From contig CM126206.1 in the NCBI GenBank assembly GCA_052327205.1, forward strand, positions 92,876,001 through 92,940,000: a stretch of 64,000 nt of DNA, in the 5' to 3' direction. This document shows, piece by piece, positions 36,052 through 48,266 of this stretch; the first letter of the stretch is position 1; every line of letters starts with the position of its first letter. The translations under genes and the position numbers were made by a program. The notes beneath the pieces are model-generated. The model was given only the letters and a program-made list of their open reading frames with translations. It was not told the DNA's origin and ran no database searches. The stretch is from Somniosus microcephalus (taxonomy: Eukaryota).

Positions 36052-39000
36052 TCATAGCATCATAGAATGGTTACAGCACAGAAGGAGGCCATTTGATCCG
36101 TGCCAGCTCTCTACAAGAGCATTTCAGCTAGTCCCACTCCCCTGCCCTTTCCCCATAGCCCTGCAAATTGTTTTCATAGAAACATAGAAGATAGGAGCAG
36201 GAGTAGGACATTCGGCCCCTTGAGCCTGCTCCGCCATTCAATGAGATCATGGCTGATCATCCAAATTCAGTACCCTGTTCCTGCTTTCTCCCCATATCCC
36301 TTGATCCCTTTAGCCTTAAGAAATATATCCAACTCCTTCTTGAATATATTTAATGAATTGGCCTCTACTGCTTTCTGTGGTAGAGAATTCCACAGGTTCA
36401 CCACTCTCTGGGTGAAGAAATTCCTCCTCATCTCTGTCGTAAATGGCTTACCCCTTATCCTTAGACTGTGACCCCTGGTTCTGGACTCCCCGACCATCGG
36501 GAACATCCTTCCTGCATCTAGTCCTGTTAGAATTTCATAAGTTTCAATGAAATCCCCTCACATTCTTCTAAACTCCAGCAAGTATAAGCCCAATCGACCC
36601 AATCTCTCCTCATACGTCATTCCTGCCATCCCAGGTATCAGCCTGGTGAATCTTCGCTGCACTCCCTCCATGGCAAGAACATCTTTCCTCAGATAAGGCG
36701 ACCAAAACTGCACACAATACTCAAGGTGTGGTCTCACCAAGGCCCTGTACAACTGCAGCAAGTCATCCTTGTTCCTGTACTCGAACCCTCTTGCTACGAA
36801 GGCCAACATACCATTTGCTTTCTTTACCGCCTGCTGCACCTGCATGCTTACCTTCAGCGACTAGTGCACAAGGACGCCCAGGTCTCGTTGCACTTCCCCT
36901 TCTCCCAATCTATTGCCATTCAGATAATAATCTGCCTTCCTGTTTTTGACACCAAAGTGGATAACCTCGCACTTATCCACGTTATTTTGCATCTGCCATG
37001 CTTCTGCCCAATCACTCAACCTGTCCAAATCATACTGGAGTTTCTCGGCATCCTCCTCACAGCATATACGCCCACCCAGCTGTGTGTCGTCTGCAAACTT
37101 GGAGATATTCCATCTAGTTCCCTCGTCTAGATCATTAATATATATTGTGAACAGCTGGGGTCCAAAGACTGATCCCTGCGGTACCCCACTAGTCACTGCC
37201 TGCCACTTGGAAAAAGACCCGTTTATTCCAACTCTTTGCTTTCTGTCTGCCAACCAGTTCTCTATCCAAGTCAATACCTTGCCCCCAATCCCATGTGCCT
37301 TAACTTTACATGCTAATCTTTTATGCAGGACCTTATCGAAAGCCTTCTGAAAGTCCAAATACACCACATCCACTGGTTCGCCCTTATCTATTTTACCAGT
37401 TACATCCTCAAAAAATTCCAGTAGATTAGTCAAGCACGATTTACCTTTTGTAAATCCATGTTGACTTTGTCCGATCCTGTCACTGCTTTCCAAGTGCTCT
37501 GCTATTACATCTTTTATAATGGGTTCTAGCATTTTCCCCACTACTGATGTCAGGCTTACCGGTATATAATTCCCCATTTTCTCTCGACCATCATTTTTGA
37601 ATAGTGGGGTAACATTAGCTACCCTCCAATCCATGGGTACTGTTCCAGATTCTATCGAATGCTGGAAGATGACCAGCAATGCATCTACTATTTCTAGGGC
37701 CACTTCCTTAAGTACCCTAGGATGTAGATTATCGGGCCCTGGGGATTTATCGGCCTTCAATCCCATCAATTTCCCTAACACCATTTCCTTACAAATACTG
37801 ATTTCTTTCAGTTCCTCCCTTTCATCAGACCCTATGTTCCCCGACATCTCTGGGAGATTATTTGTGTCCTCCTTTGTGAAGACAGAACCAAAATATGTAT
37901 TTAATTGGTCTGCCATTTCTTTGTTCTCTATTATAAATTCCCCTGATTCTCACTGCAAGGGACCTACGCTTGACTTCACCAATCTTTTTCTCTTCACATA
38001 TCTATAAAAGATTTTACAGTCAGTTTTTATGTTCCCTGAAAGCTTACTCTCATACTCTATTTTCCCCCTCTTAATTAATCCCTTTGTCCTCCTTTGTTGA
38101 ATCCTAAACTGCTCCCAATCCTCAGGTTTACTGCTTTTTCTGGCCAATTTATATGTCCTCTCCTTGGATCTTATGCTATCCCTAATTTCTCTTGTTAGCC
38201 ACGGTTGAGTCACCTTTTTTGTTTTATTTTTATGCCAAACTAGGATGAACAAATTCTGTAGTTCATCCATGCGGTCTTTGAACATTTGCCATTGCTTATC
38301 CTCCGTCAACCCTTTGAGTGACATTCCCCAATCAATCCTACCCAACTCGCACCTCATACCATCGTAGTTTCCTTTATTTAAATTCAGGACCCTAGTCTCT
38401 AAGTCAACTATTTCACTCTCCATCTTAATGAAGAATTCTATCATATTATGATCGCTCTGACCCAAGGGGCCTCGTACAAGATTGCTAATTAATTCTTTCT
38501 CATTACATAATACCCAGTCTAAGATGGCCTGATCTCTAGTTGGTTCCTCGACATATTGGTCCAGGAAACCATCCCATATACACTCCAGGAATTCCTCCTC
38601 CACAGTGTTGTTACTAATTTGGTTAGCCCAATCTATATGTAGATTAAAGTCATCCATGATAACTGCTGTGCCCTTATTGCACGCTTCTCTAATTTCCCTT
38701 TTAATGCCATCCCCAACCTCCGTATTACTGTTTGGAGGTCTAGATACCACACCCACTAACATTTTCTGCCCCTTGGTATTCCTCAGTTCTACCCATACAG
38801 ATTCCACATCATCAGAGCTAATATCCTTCCTTACAATTGTGTTAATCCCCTCTTTAACCAGCAATGCTACCCCACCTCCTTTTCCTTTTTGCCTACCTTT
38901 CCTGAATATTGAATACCCCTGGATGTTGAGTTCCCAGCCTTGGCCACCCTGGAGCCATGTTTCCGTAATCCCAATCATATCATATTCGTTTATTTCTATT

Positions 39001-41935
39001 TGCGCAGCTAAATCATCCACCTTATTACGAATGCTCCTCGCATTAAGACACAAAGCCTTCAGGCTTGTTTTTTTAACGCTCTTAGGCTTTTTAGAATTAT
39101 TATTTACTGTGGCCATGTTTGATTTAAACCTTCCTTCAGGTACTTATCCAATTCCATTTCGAATGCACCGATCAATTCTGCCTCCACCACCCTTTCAGGC
39201 AGTGCATTCCAGATGCTAACAACTTGCTGCGTAAAAAAGTTTTTCCTCATGTCGCCATTGGTTCTTTTGCCAATCACCTTAAATTTGTGTCCTCTGGTTC
39301 TCGACCCTTCCGCCAATGGGAAGTGTTTCTCTCTGTCTAGACCCCTCATGATTTTGAACACCTCTATCAAATCTCTTCTCAACCTTCTCTGCTCTTAGGA
39401 GAACAACCCCAGCTTCTCCAGTCTGTCCACGTAACTGAAGTCCCTCATTCCTGGAACCATTCTCGTAAATCTTTTCTGCACCCTCTCTAAGGCCTTCACA
39501 CCCTTTCTAAAGTGTGATGCCCAGAATTGGACACAATACTCCAGTTGAGGCCGAACCAGTGTTTTATAAAAATTCCTCATAACTTCCTTGCTTTTGTACT
39601 CTATACCTCTATTTATGAAGCCCAGGATCCTGTATGCTTTTTTAACTGCTTTCTCAACCTGCCCTGCCACCATCAATGATTTGTGCACATATACCCCCAG
39701 GTCTCTCTGTTCATGCACTCTCTTTAGGATTGTACCCTTTAGTTTATATTGCCTCTCCTCATTTTTCCTACCAAAATGTATCACTTTGCACTTTTCTGCG
39801 TTAAATTTCATCTGTCACGTGTCCGCCCATTTCACCAGCCTGTCTATGTCTTCTTGAAGTCTATCACTATCCTCCTCACTGTTCACTATACTTCCAAGTT
39901 TTGTCTCACCTGCAAATTTTGAAATTGAGCTCTGTACACCCAAGTCCAAGTCATTAATAGATATCAAGTAAAGCAGTGGTCCCAGTACCGAACCCTGGGG
40001 TACACCACTGTATACCTTCCTCCAGTCCGAAAAACAACCGTTCACCACAACTCTGTTTCCTGTCACTTAGCCAATTTTGTATCCATGCTGCCACTGTCCC
40101 TTTTATTCCATGGGCTTCAACTTTGCTGGCAAGCCTATTATGTGACATTTTATCAAACGACTTTTGGAAGTCCATGTACACCACGTCAACCGCATTGCCC
40201 TCATCAGCCTTCTCTGTTACCTCATCAAAAAACTCAATCAAATTAGTTAAACACAATTTGCCTTTAACAAATCCATGCTGGCTTCCCTTAATTAATCCAC
40301 TCTTGTCCAAGTGACTGTTAATTTTGTCCCTGATTATCGTTTCTATAAGCTTCCCCACTACTGAGGTTAAACTGACTGGCCTGTAGTTGCTGGGTTTATC
40401 CTTGCAACCTTTTTTGATCAAGGGTGTAACATTTGCAATTCTCCAGTCCTCTGGCACCACCTCTGCTTCTGAGGAGGATTGGAAGATTATGGCCAGTACC
40501 TCCGCAATGTCTACCTTAACTTCCCTCAGCATCCTAGGATGCATCCCATCCAGTCCTGGTGAATTATCTACTTTAAGTACAGCCAGCTTTTCTAGTACCT
40601 CCTCTATCAATTTTTAGCCCATCCAGTATCTCCACTACCTCCTCTTTCACTATGACTTTGGCAGCAGCTTCTTCCTTGAAGACAGCTGCAAAGTACTCAT
40701 TTAATACCTGAGCCATGCCCTTTGCCTCCTTTTTTGGTCCCTAATCGGCCTATCTGTTTACTATTTATATGCCTATAGAAGACTTTTGAATTCCCTTTTA
40801 TGTTAGCTGCCAATCTATTCTCATACGCTCTCTTTGCCCCTCTGTTCTTTTTCACTTCCCCTCTGAACTTTCTATATTCAGCCTGATTCTAACTTGTATT
40901 CTCAACCTGACACCTGATGCGCTCTTTTTCTGCTTCATCTTACTCTCTATCTCTTTCGTCATCCAGGGAGCTCTGACTTTGGTTGGCCTACCATTCTCCC
41001 TCGTGGGAATGTACCTCGACTGTACCCGAACCATCTACTCTTCAAAGGCAGCCCATTGTTCAATTACGGTTTTGCCTGCCAATCTTTGATTTCAATTTAC
41101 CCGGGCCAGATCCATTCTCAACCCACTGAAATTGGCCTTCCTCCAATTAAGTATTTTTACTCTAGATTGCTCCCTGAACTTTTCCATAGCTAACCTAAAC
41201 CTTAACCTATTATCATTGTTCCCTAAATGTTCCCCTATTGACACTTGCTCCACTTGACCCACCTCATTCCCCAGAATCAGATCCAACAATGCCTCCTTCC
41301 TCGCTGGGCTGGAAACATACTGATTAAGAAAGTTCTCCTGAACACACTTCAGAAATTTTCCCCCCTCTCTGCCCTTTACACTATTACTATCCCAGTCTAT
41401 ATTAGGATAATCGAAGTCCCCCATTACCATTACTCTATAGTTCTTGCACTTCACTGTAATTTCCCTGCAAATTTGCTCCACTCTATCCTTCCCACTAGTT
41501 GGTGGCCTATAGAATACATCTAGCAGTGTAATGGCACCTCTATTATTTCTTAACTCTAACCAAATAGATTTTGTCCTTGACCCCTCCAGGACATCCTCTC
41601 TCTCCAGCACTGTAATATTCTCCTTAACCAATACTGCCACCCCCAACTCCTTTCTTTCTTTCCCTATCTTTCCTGAACACATTATACCCAATCCTACCCT
41701 TTTTTGAGCCAGGTCTCCGTTATCGCCACGACATCCTATTCCCATGTGGCTATTTGCGCCCGCAGCTCACCAACCTTATTTACCACGCTTCGTGCGTTTA
41801 CACACATGCACCGTAAACCCATCTTAGACCTCCTTGTATTCTCTCTTAGTCTGATCCCACCTAATACCAAACAATTTCTCACTCTGGTGCTATCTGTCTC
41901 TCCCAATCCTTTGTGCACTTCGTTTCTCCTCTCCA
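36052..41935 (-). mobile_element. Older CR1 LINE (near-complete decayed ORF2), split by a nested younger CR1
   Basis: The 3' tail at 36052-36174 resumes at about 39131. Endonuclease start CMCVNARSVVNK near 41800; RT motifs at 39400-40610 with frameshifts. Confidence 0.88.
36175..39125 (-). mobile_element. Nested CR1 LINE with near full-length ORF2 (endonuclease + RT), a few stops
   Basis: ORFs 37950-39116 (CLNARSIRNK, GITETWL, SDHN), 36861-37916 (GVPQGSVFGP, KFADDT), 36558-36845 and 36267-36506. (TTTCTATG)n tail at 36175. Confidence 0.95.
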
Positions 41936-42103
41936 ATAGCTGATTATTCTTTGAGAGAAACTTTGTTCAGTATTTATAAAAAAATAAATGGGAATAGGGA
42001 GAAGAAAATGGGAAAGAAAAGAAAAAGTTCCTTAGAGTACAGCAAAATCTGAAGACTGAAATAAGCAAGTTTAAACACTGGGTAAAATCCTCTACAAGTC
42101 AAA

Positions 42104-42437
42104 CGCAGGGAGGATGTTTCCCCTGGCTGGGAGGTCTAGAACGAGGGGTCACAGTCTCAGGATACGGGGTGAGACATTTAGGACTGAGATGAGGAGAAAT
42201 TTCCACTCAGGGTGGTGAACCTGTGGAATTCTCTACCACAGAAGGCTGTGGAGGCCAAGCCACTGAATATATTTAAGAAGGAGATAGATAGATTTCTAGA
42301 CACAAAAGGCATCAAGGGGTATGGGGAGAGAGCGGGAATATGGTATTGAGATGAGGATCAACCATGATCATACTGAATGATGGAGCAGGCTCGAAGGTCC
42401 GAATGGCCTACTCCTGCCCCTATTTTTCTATGTTTCT
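42104..42437 (+). mobile_element. CR1 3' end fragment
   Basis: GGGAGGATGTTTCCCCTGG...GAATGGCCTACTCCTGCCCCTATTTTTCTATGTTTCTA. Confidence 0.85.
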
Positions 42438-42756
42438 AAAGTGATCCTGGGTCAGTGGGAGGGCATCTCATTTGCATGGGGCCAGCTGGCACAAGTGCTT
42501 CTTTGGAGCCCCCAAACCATTTACTTAGAAATTCGGACAGCCATTCACCCATTTGGGAGGGAGGGGGGCCACTGCCTCAATTGGCCCTGAGCAAGGGAAC
42601 CGATCCTGGAGTAATTTAAAAAAAAATCTGCCAACATCGACACGGCCCAGGCCCCGTCGATGGGGCCCACGTGGACCCTTGGAGAGGTTGAAATGCCACA
42701 CCTTTCTCGGCAGAGCAGCTGCAGTTGACTCACTAAGTAGATGAAGTAAGAGAGAG

Positions 42757-43310
42757 CTGTATACCTCCCTCCAGTCTGAAAAATAACCATTCACCATTAC
42801 TCTCTGCTTTCTGTTCCTTAGCCAATTTTGTTCCTATGCTGCCACTGTCCCTTTAATCCCATGGGCTTTAATATTGCTAACAATTCTATTATATGGTACT
42901 TTATCAAACGCCTTTTGAAAGTCCATATACACAACATCAATCGCACTACCCTCACCAACTTCATCAAAAAACTCCATCAAGTTATTTCATTTCATTTATT
43001 AATCCATACTTTTACAAGTGCCAATTAATTTTGTCCTGGATCATTGGCTCAAAGTTTCCCTACCACCGAGGTCAGGCTGATTGGCCTGCAGTTGCTGAGA
43101 TTGTACCTCTCCCCTTTTTTTAATAGTGGTGTAACATTTGCAATCCTCCAGTCCTCTGGCATCACCCCCATATCCAAGGAGGATTGGAAGACTGTGGCCA
43201 GAGCCTCTACAATTTCCACCCTTACTTCCCTCAGTAACCTAGGATGCGTCCCATCTGGACCGGGTGACTTTTCTACTTTGAGGACTGCCAACCTTTTAAT
43301 TACCTAATCA
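42757..43310 (-). mobile_element. Decayed CR1 RT fragment
   Basis: KSPGPDGTHPRLLRE...RPISLTSVVGKL. Confidence 0.8.
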
Positions 43311-44745
43311 TCATTTTTATCTCATCAAATATCACTACTGCCACCTGTATACACATACTGACACTAGTCCTTCTCTACATTGTGAGAGCCATTTGAAATA
43401 TGTGTGTTTAAAGGAGTAGTTTATAAGTTTGCTTGACAAGTGTTGAAGCTATTAACAATGCAATGTATTATCACAGGTGATGGTATATCACAACAGTGTT
43501 ATAGTCAGTGCTGTTTTTCATATTCTGATGCACCAAAATACTAGAAGATACTAACTAACAAGAAGCTTCTTGTGAACTAGTTAAATGTAAGTGATCAGAC
43601 GAACTGAACAGAACCAATAAATATATGAGAAATCGGACAAACACTTCAGCTGCAACGATAATTCTTATCTGAAGATTCCAGTCTGGTCTGTTTCTCAAGA
43701 GCAGACACGGAAAATAAATTTTAGATAACAACACAAACAGTCAATTTATATTTTTACATTCAATCTGAATTGGATTTAAATAGATGCCAACCTTTCACGT
43801 TACGCAAGGGCACTTTCACCAGATATTGCTATGAACTTGTCTGAAAAGTATGAAATGCAGTGCACTACATGCTTTGCTCTTTTAAATTAAAGTTTTAGAC
43901 AAGATATTATGTGATTGCAGAGTCTCTAGCTCCATCTGTCCAAATCCATCTTAGATAAAGCACACTCTTATTTAATATTATCTTCATAATTATGCAGTTT
44001 AATACAGGGCTTTGAGACAAATAATCTTTACTGTAAAAGATGCAGAATCTCATATCAAATTCAATAGCATAGCCATTATATTCATACACTATAAAGGTTT
44101 GATCAGTTACATAAATGTATGCCACAAGTACAGATAGTTCATTGAGGCATAATGTATATTGTGAAGGCAGGAAAGGAAAATAATCCAAATTCTAAAATGC
44201 AATGATGCTAACAGCAGCAATTCAAATCCAGTTTCTGCTATTTTTATTTCACCTGGGGAAAAAAAAACTTGCGTCCACTCTCAAGATCACAATTATATGG
44301 TAAGGGGTCTATAATTAGCCTCAACAATTTGTGGGTGGGGGGGGGTGCGGGGGTGGAAAGTGCATGCTTGCGGATATAAAGCTGAGGACAAGATTGGGTC
44401 GGACATAAGAAGTGGAGGCAAAGTACCAGAGGGTTGTTAGGACCCATGAAGTAACCAGCTTCATGTGAGGAGGAAAGAGTAGGAAAGGAAATTGAGGGGA
44501 GTGGGGATCACTACTAATAATAGAACTGGTTTATAATGACAAGAGCTCGAGTGTGTGAATTTGATGCTTCAGCAGCATGGATGCTGGTGGCCTAGAATCA
44601 TTCGACTTGTGGCTTTCAGCTCTCAAATCAATTATACAGGCAGCACTCTATATTTACAGTGTCAGTTTTACCCTCGCACATACATCATCAACATGCTGCC
44701 TGGTGCAATCAACAGTTACAAATATACACAAACATCAGACACATT

Positions 44746-45562
44746 GGGGGAATTTTAACCCCCAGGATGGACGGGAGAGGGTCGGGTGGGGGTTTAAATT
44801 CTTAAAAGAGGGAAACCCAAACCCAAGCGAACGTGCCTACTTTCGGTTTAACAGGGGCAGGCGAGTAACCTGCTCTCGAGAGGTGGTTCATGAATTATAA
44901 TATTTAAATGAGGCTGTGTGCCTCAGATTTTATAAGCCACGAGGATTTAACAGTTGCATGCCGGGTTTCCTAGGGCGCAGTAAACCCGGCAGTTGAAGTG
45001 AGCCAAGAACTGCCGGATCCAACAGATAATTGCTTTTCTAGCACTGCTTGCGGGTCAGGAGGAGCAGGAGTGCTCCCCCCGCCTCCCTGCCCCAGGCCCC
45101 AAGCTTACCTGCCGCGATCTACCTCCCTTCCTGGGATTGGCACTTCATCCTCTCCGTGATCGGCACTTGTGCCCACCGCGATCCGAACATCAGCCCCACC
45201 CCCGCGATCTGAACTCCAGCCCCACCCCCGCGATCTGAACTCCAGCTCCACCCCCGCGATCTTAACTCCAGCCCCACCCCCGCGATCCGAACTCCAGCCC
45301 CACCCCCGCGATCTGAACTCCAGCCCCACCCCCGCGATCCGAACTTCAGCCCCACCCCCGCGATCCGAACTTCAGGGCCCCCTCCCCCCACCGCAATCCG
45401 AACTTCAGCCTCCCGCCCCAAACTTCAGCCCACCACCCCCCGCAAACACTTCCCCCTTCCCTTTAAATTCAGCAGGATGTCCGCGTTCCCCGTATTTCTG
45501 GGTTCCTCAGTCTCGAAATGTCACCCCCACTCCCTCCCTGCCTGCCCGTAAAGAGCGGGGCC
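44746..45562. mobile_element. Probable Harbinger-type MITE with degenerate TIRs, containing a minisatellite
   Basis: GC-rich island starting GGGGGAATTTTAACC and ending GCGGGGCC, with ATT on both flanks (44743-44745 and 45563-45565). The TIR match is poor. Confidence 0.55.
45173..45440. repeat. 26-bp minisatellite CCCCCGCGATC(C/T)GAACTCCAGCCCCA, 8 regular and ~2 degenerate units
   Basis: GCGATC recurs at 45178, 45204, 45230, 45256, 45282, 45308, 45334 and 45360. Confidence 0.93.
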
Positions 45563-45589
45563 ATTAACTTATTCCAGTTGTTGATGATA

Positions 45590-45833
45590 AAAATGAGTGA
45601 GCCCAACAGCCGTACCTTCATCCATCCAAGCCCTACATTCTGGAATTGTCTCCCTAAACCTCCCCACCTCACTCTCCTCCCTTAAGAGTCTCCTTAAAAC
45701 TCAACTCTTTGATCAAGCTTTTTGGTCATCCCTCCTAAATTCTCCTTTAGCTCGGCATCCATTTTTGTCTGATTATCTCTGATGCACCTTGGGATGGTTT
45801 TCTACGTTAAAGTTGCTATGTAAATGCAAGTTG
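45590..45833 (+). mobile_element. L2-type 3' end fragment
   Basis: CTGGAATTGTCTCCCTAAACC...TTTGATCAAGCTTTT...GCTATGTAAATGCAAGTTG. Confidence 0.65.
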
Positions 45834-46384
45834 CCTGAACAGTTATTTCTAGGATTACTTAAAAATTGAACAAAAGAGTAAGGTTATTCAGCACCAAACA
45901 TAAGTTTGACTTCCAATTCTTCTCATTTTGTATGCTGCATGCAGGTTCGGAGTGCATTTCTGTAGGCGAGCGGAAAAAATCAACGGGAAGAGTCAAAACT
46001 GGGCAATGCCCAGCATCTCCTGGGGGTCAAATACTGAAAACGGACCTATGTCCACCCTGAGTAAGTAGCAGATGCTGAACAATCAGGCGGACATAAAAGA
46101 CCAGCGCCAGAACTTTCAACTTCGGCAGAGGTATAAAATGAGCAATCGCGGATCGGCCATCCGTTATACACTCGCCACATTTTCCTTTTCATGACTTCAA
46201 TCAAGAGGAAAATCGGGTGTGGTGTATAAAGGGGGGGCCAATCTGATATTGCATCAAAGATAAAGTAAAGGAAAAGTAATCAGGGAATTTTCCCTATTTC
46301 GTTCCTCCTAACACTAACCACTTAGATTTACTTTGAGTTTTAACTGTATTGATGTGATAATTTGACCAATGTCCTCAAACTCTC

Positions 46385-46890
46385 AGTTCTCTTGTACAAG
46401 GCATTGGTTAGGTGACATATGGAGTACTATGTGCAGTTTTGGGCTACCCCATTTTACAAAGGGTATTGGAGCCATGGAAAGGGTACAACATAGATTCACT
46501 GGGATGATATTAAGGATAACAGAATAAAGTTATGAACAAAGACCAAGAAAATGTGGGTAAGATTGACTGCAACAGAGAAGATTGTGGGATCTAATAGAAG
46601 TTATTATGAAAGGATATGACAGGATCATTAGTGAAAGCGTATTTGAATTGGCGTGGTGAATTGGAAAAGGGACATAAACATGGGATTGGAACTAGAAGCA
46701 TAAAGAGGAAATTAGAATAATTTTTACAAGCAAGTATTCGAATTTTAAATGTATTATTAGTGGCTGTTGAAGCCAACTCAACACCAAGTTTAATAGGCAA
46801 TTAGATAAACACTGGAAGAAGAAATATATTTAAACTCCGACATGAGGCTAACACAGACACAGAGATGGGCAGAATGGCCTCCTCCTGTGT
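46385..46890 (+). mobile_element. Old CR1 3' fragment
   Basis: TTGTACAAGGCATTGGTTAGG...GGAGTACTATGTGCAGTTTTGG...ATGGGCAGAATGGCCTCCTCCTGTG. Confidence 0.65.
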
Positions 46891-47663
46891 GAAATTTTGA
46901 CTACTCTACGACTTCTCCACAAAACAGCAGAATGTTCCAGTGAAATCTCTGCTCTACCTCAGCTTTGTGTGGGACAGGACACAAAGATAGAACTCGGATA
47001 TCAGATTTACAATTTATAATAGGGTCTAAGTGCCAGATCAGATACAGATGGTCACTGAGTAAAGCTGGGAGTTTACATCTTCTTAGCAAAGCCCAAAACC
47101 TTGAGAATATCTCTGTTCCATGTTGGGAGCTTATTGTCACAGGACATCATAAGCTTAGAACAAAAAAATACACAAGGATATTCTCAACTCCTAAGAAAAA
47201 ACAGGGTGTTTATTATCACTAGAGAATGTTGCTCTGCTAAGCTATTCACTTTTGATGAGGGAGTGAAAAACAGAAATGATTGCTGCGTAGGTTCCAGCGC
47301 TTGGTTCTATATCACTCATTAAGCTCTGAAGATATGGAAGAAATATTGGGAAATCACACACGAGATCCTCCTCTTAGTGCCAAAGAGCATATTCTTCATT
47401 TGTTATCACATTCAGCTCAAGCGATACTTTTTCTGGATGCAACAATCCATCACCTTTCACAATAATTCCTGAGCACTTAGCCTCTCTTGCTCAACAGCTT
47501 GGCCATCAGCTGTAGACTCGTTGATGTAGAGTGCCTGAGAGAGTTATGGTTGAACCTACAGTCAGGTCCTAAAAATTGAGGTCTATAACCCATTGAAGTG
47601 ATATTTGGATTCTCTTGGTCCTCTTAGTACCACTTCAAGGGTATGAGAGAGATCATGGTTAAG

Positions 47664-47895
47664 AAAGACTTGCATTTATATAGCGCCTTTCACGACCACC
47701 GGATCTCTCAAAGCGCTTTACAGCCAATGAAGTACTTTTTGAAGTGGAGTCACTGTTGTAATGTAGGAAACGCAACAGCCAATTTGCACACAGCAAGCTC
47801 CCACAAACAGCAATGTGATAATGACCAGATAATCTGTTTGTTATTATTATGGTGTTTGAGGGATAAATATTGGCCAGGACACCGGGGATAACTCC
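47664..47895 (-). mobile_element. DeuSINE-family SINE 3' half (SacSINE1/AmnSINE1-like)
   Basis: Minus strand TCCTGGCCAATATTTATCCCTC...TTGCTGTTTGTGGGAGCTTGCTGTGTGCAAATTGGCTG...GAAAGGCGCTATATAAATGCAAGTC (Deu domain plus L2-type tail). Confidence 0.75.
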
Positions 47896-48266
47896 TCACT
47901 CCATGGCCAAAGAGACTTTTCAGTAGTATAGCATTGTGATCTCGATGTCAAATAGAAAACTCTCCAGTGGTTGTCTCTTCATGATGATATAATAACTAGT
48001 ATCATTAATAACTAGCATTTCAGCAAAGCTGCCAGATTCTTACATGACAGCATAATAATGAGAATGAAGATTATTCAACCCACCCCATTCGTTTCATCAT
48101 TCAGAACCTGGTCTTACCATGTCAATAATTCCTGTCCTAAGAATGCATTTCTTTACTCTCTAGTGAATTACAAATTTATCCCATTCTTTAGCCAAGTCAG
48201 AGTTTGCTACAGTGGGAGAAAGTCTATTCATAATTAGGCACCTGCACGCAGACAGATGTTATTCCT

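Noticed and set aside
36946-39219. Long plus-strand ORFs opposite the CR1
   Set aside because: Antisense shadows of LINE ORF2, seen opposite most CR1 copies in this window.
45105-45567. Repetitive ORFs and a CRISPR-like regular repeat
   Set aside because: These are head-to-tail 26-bp units with no unique spacers and no cas genes, in a eukaryotic context.
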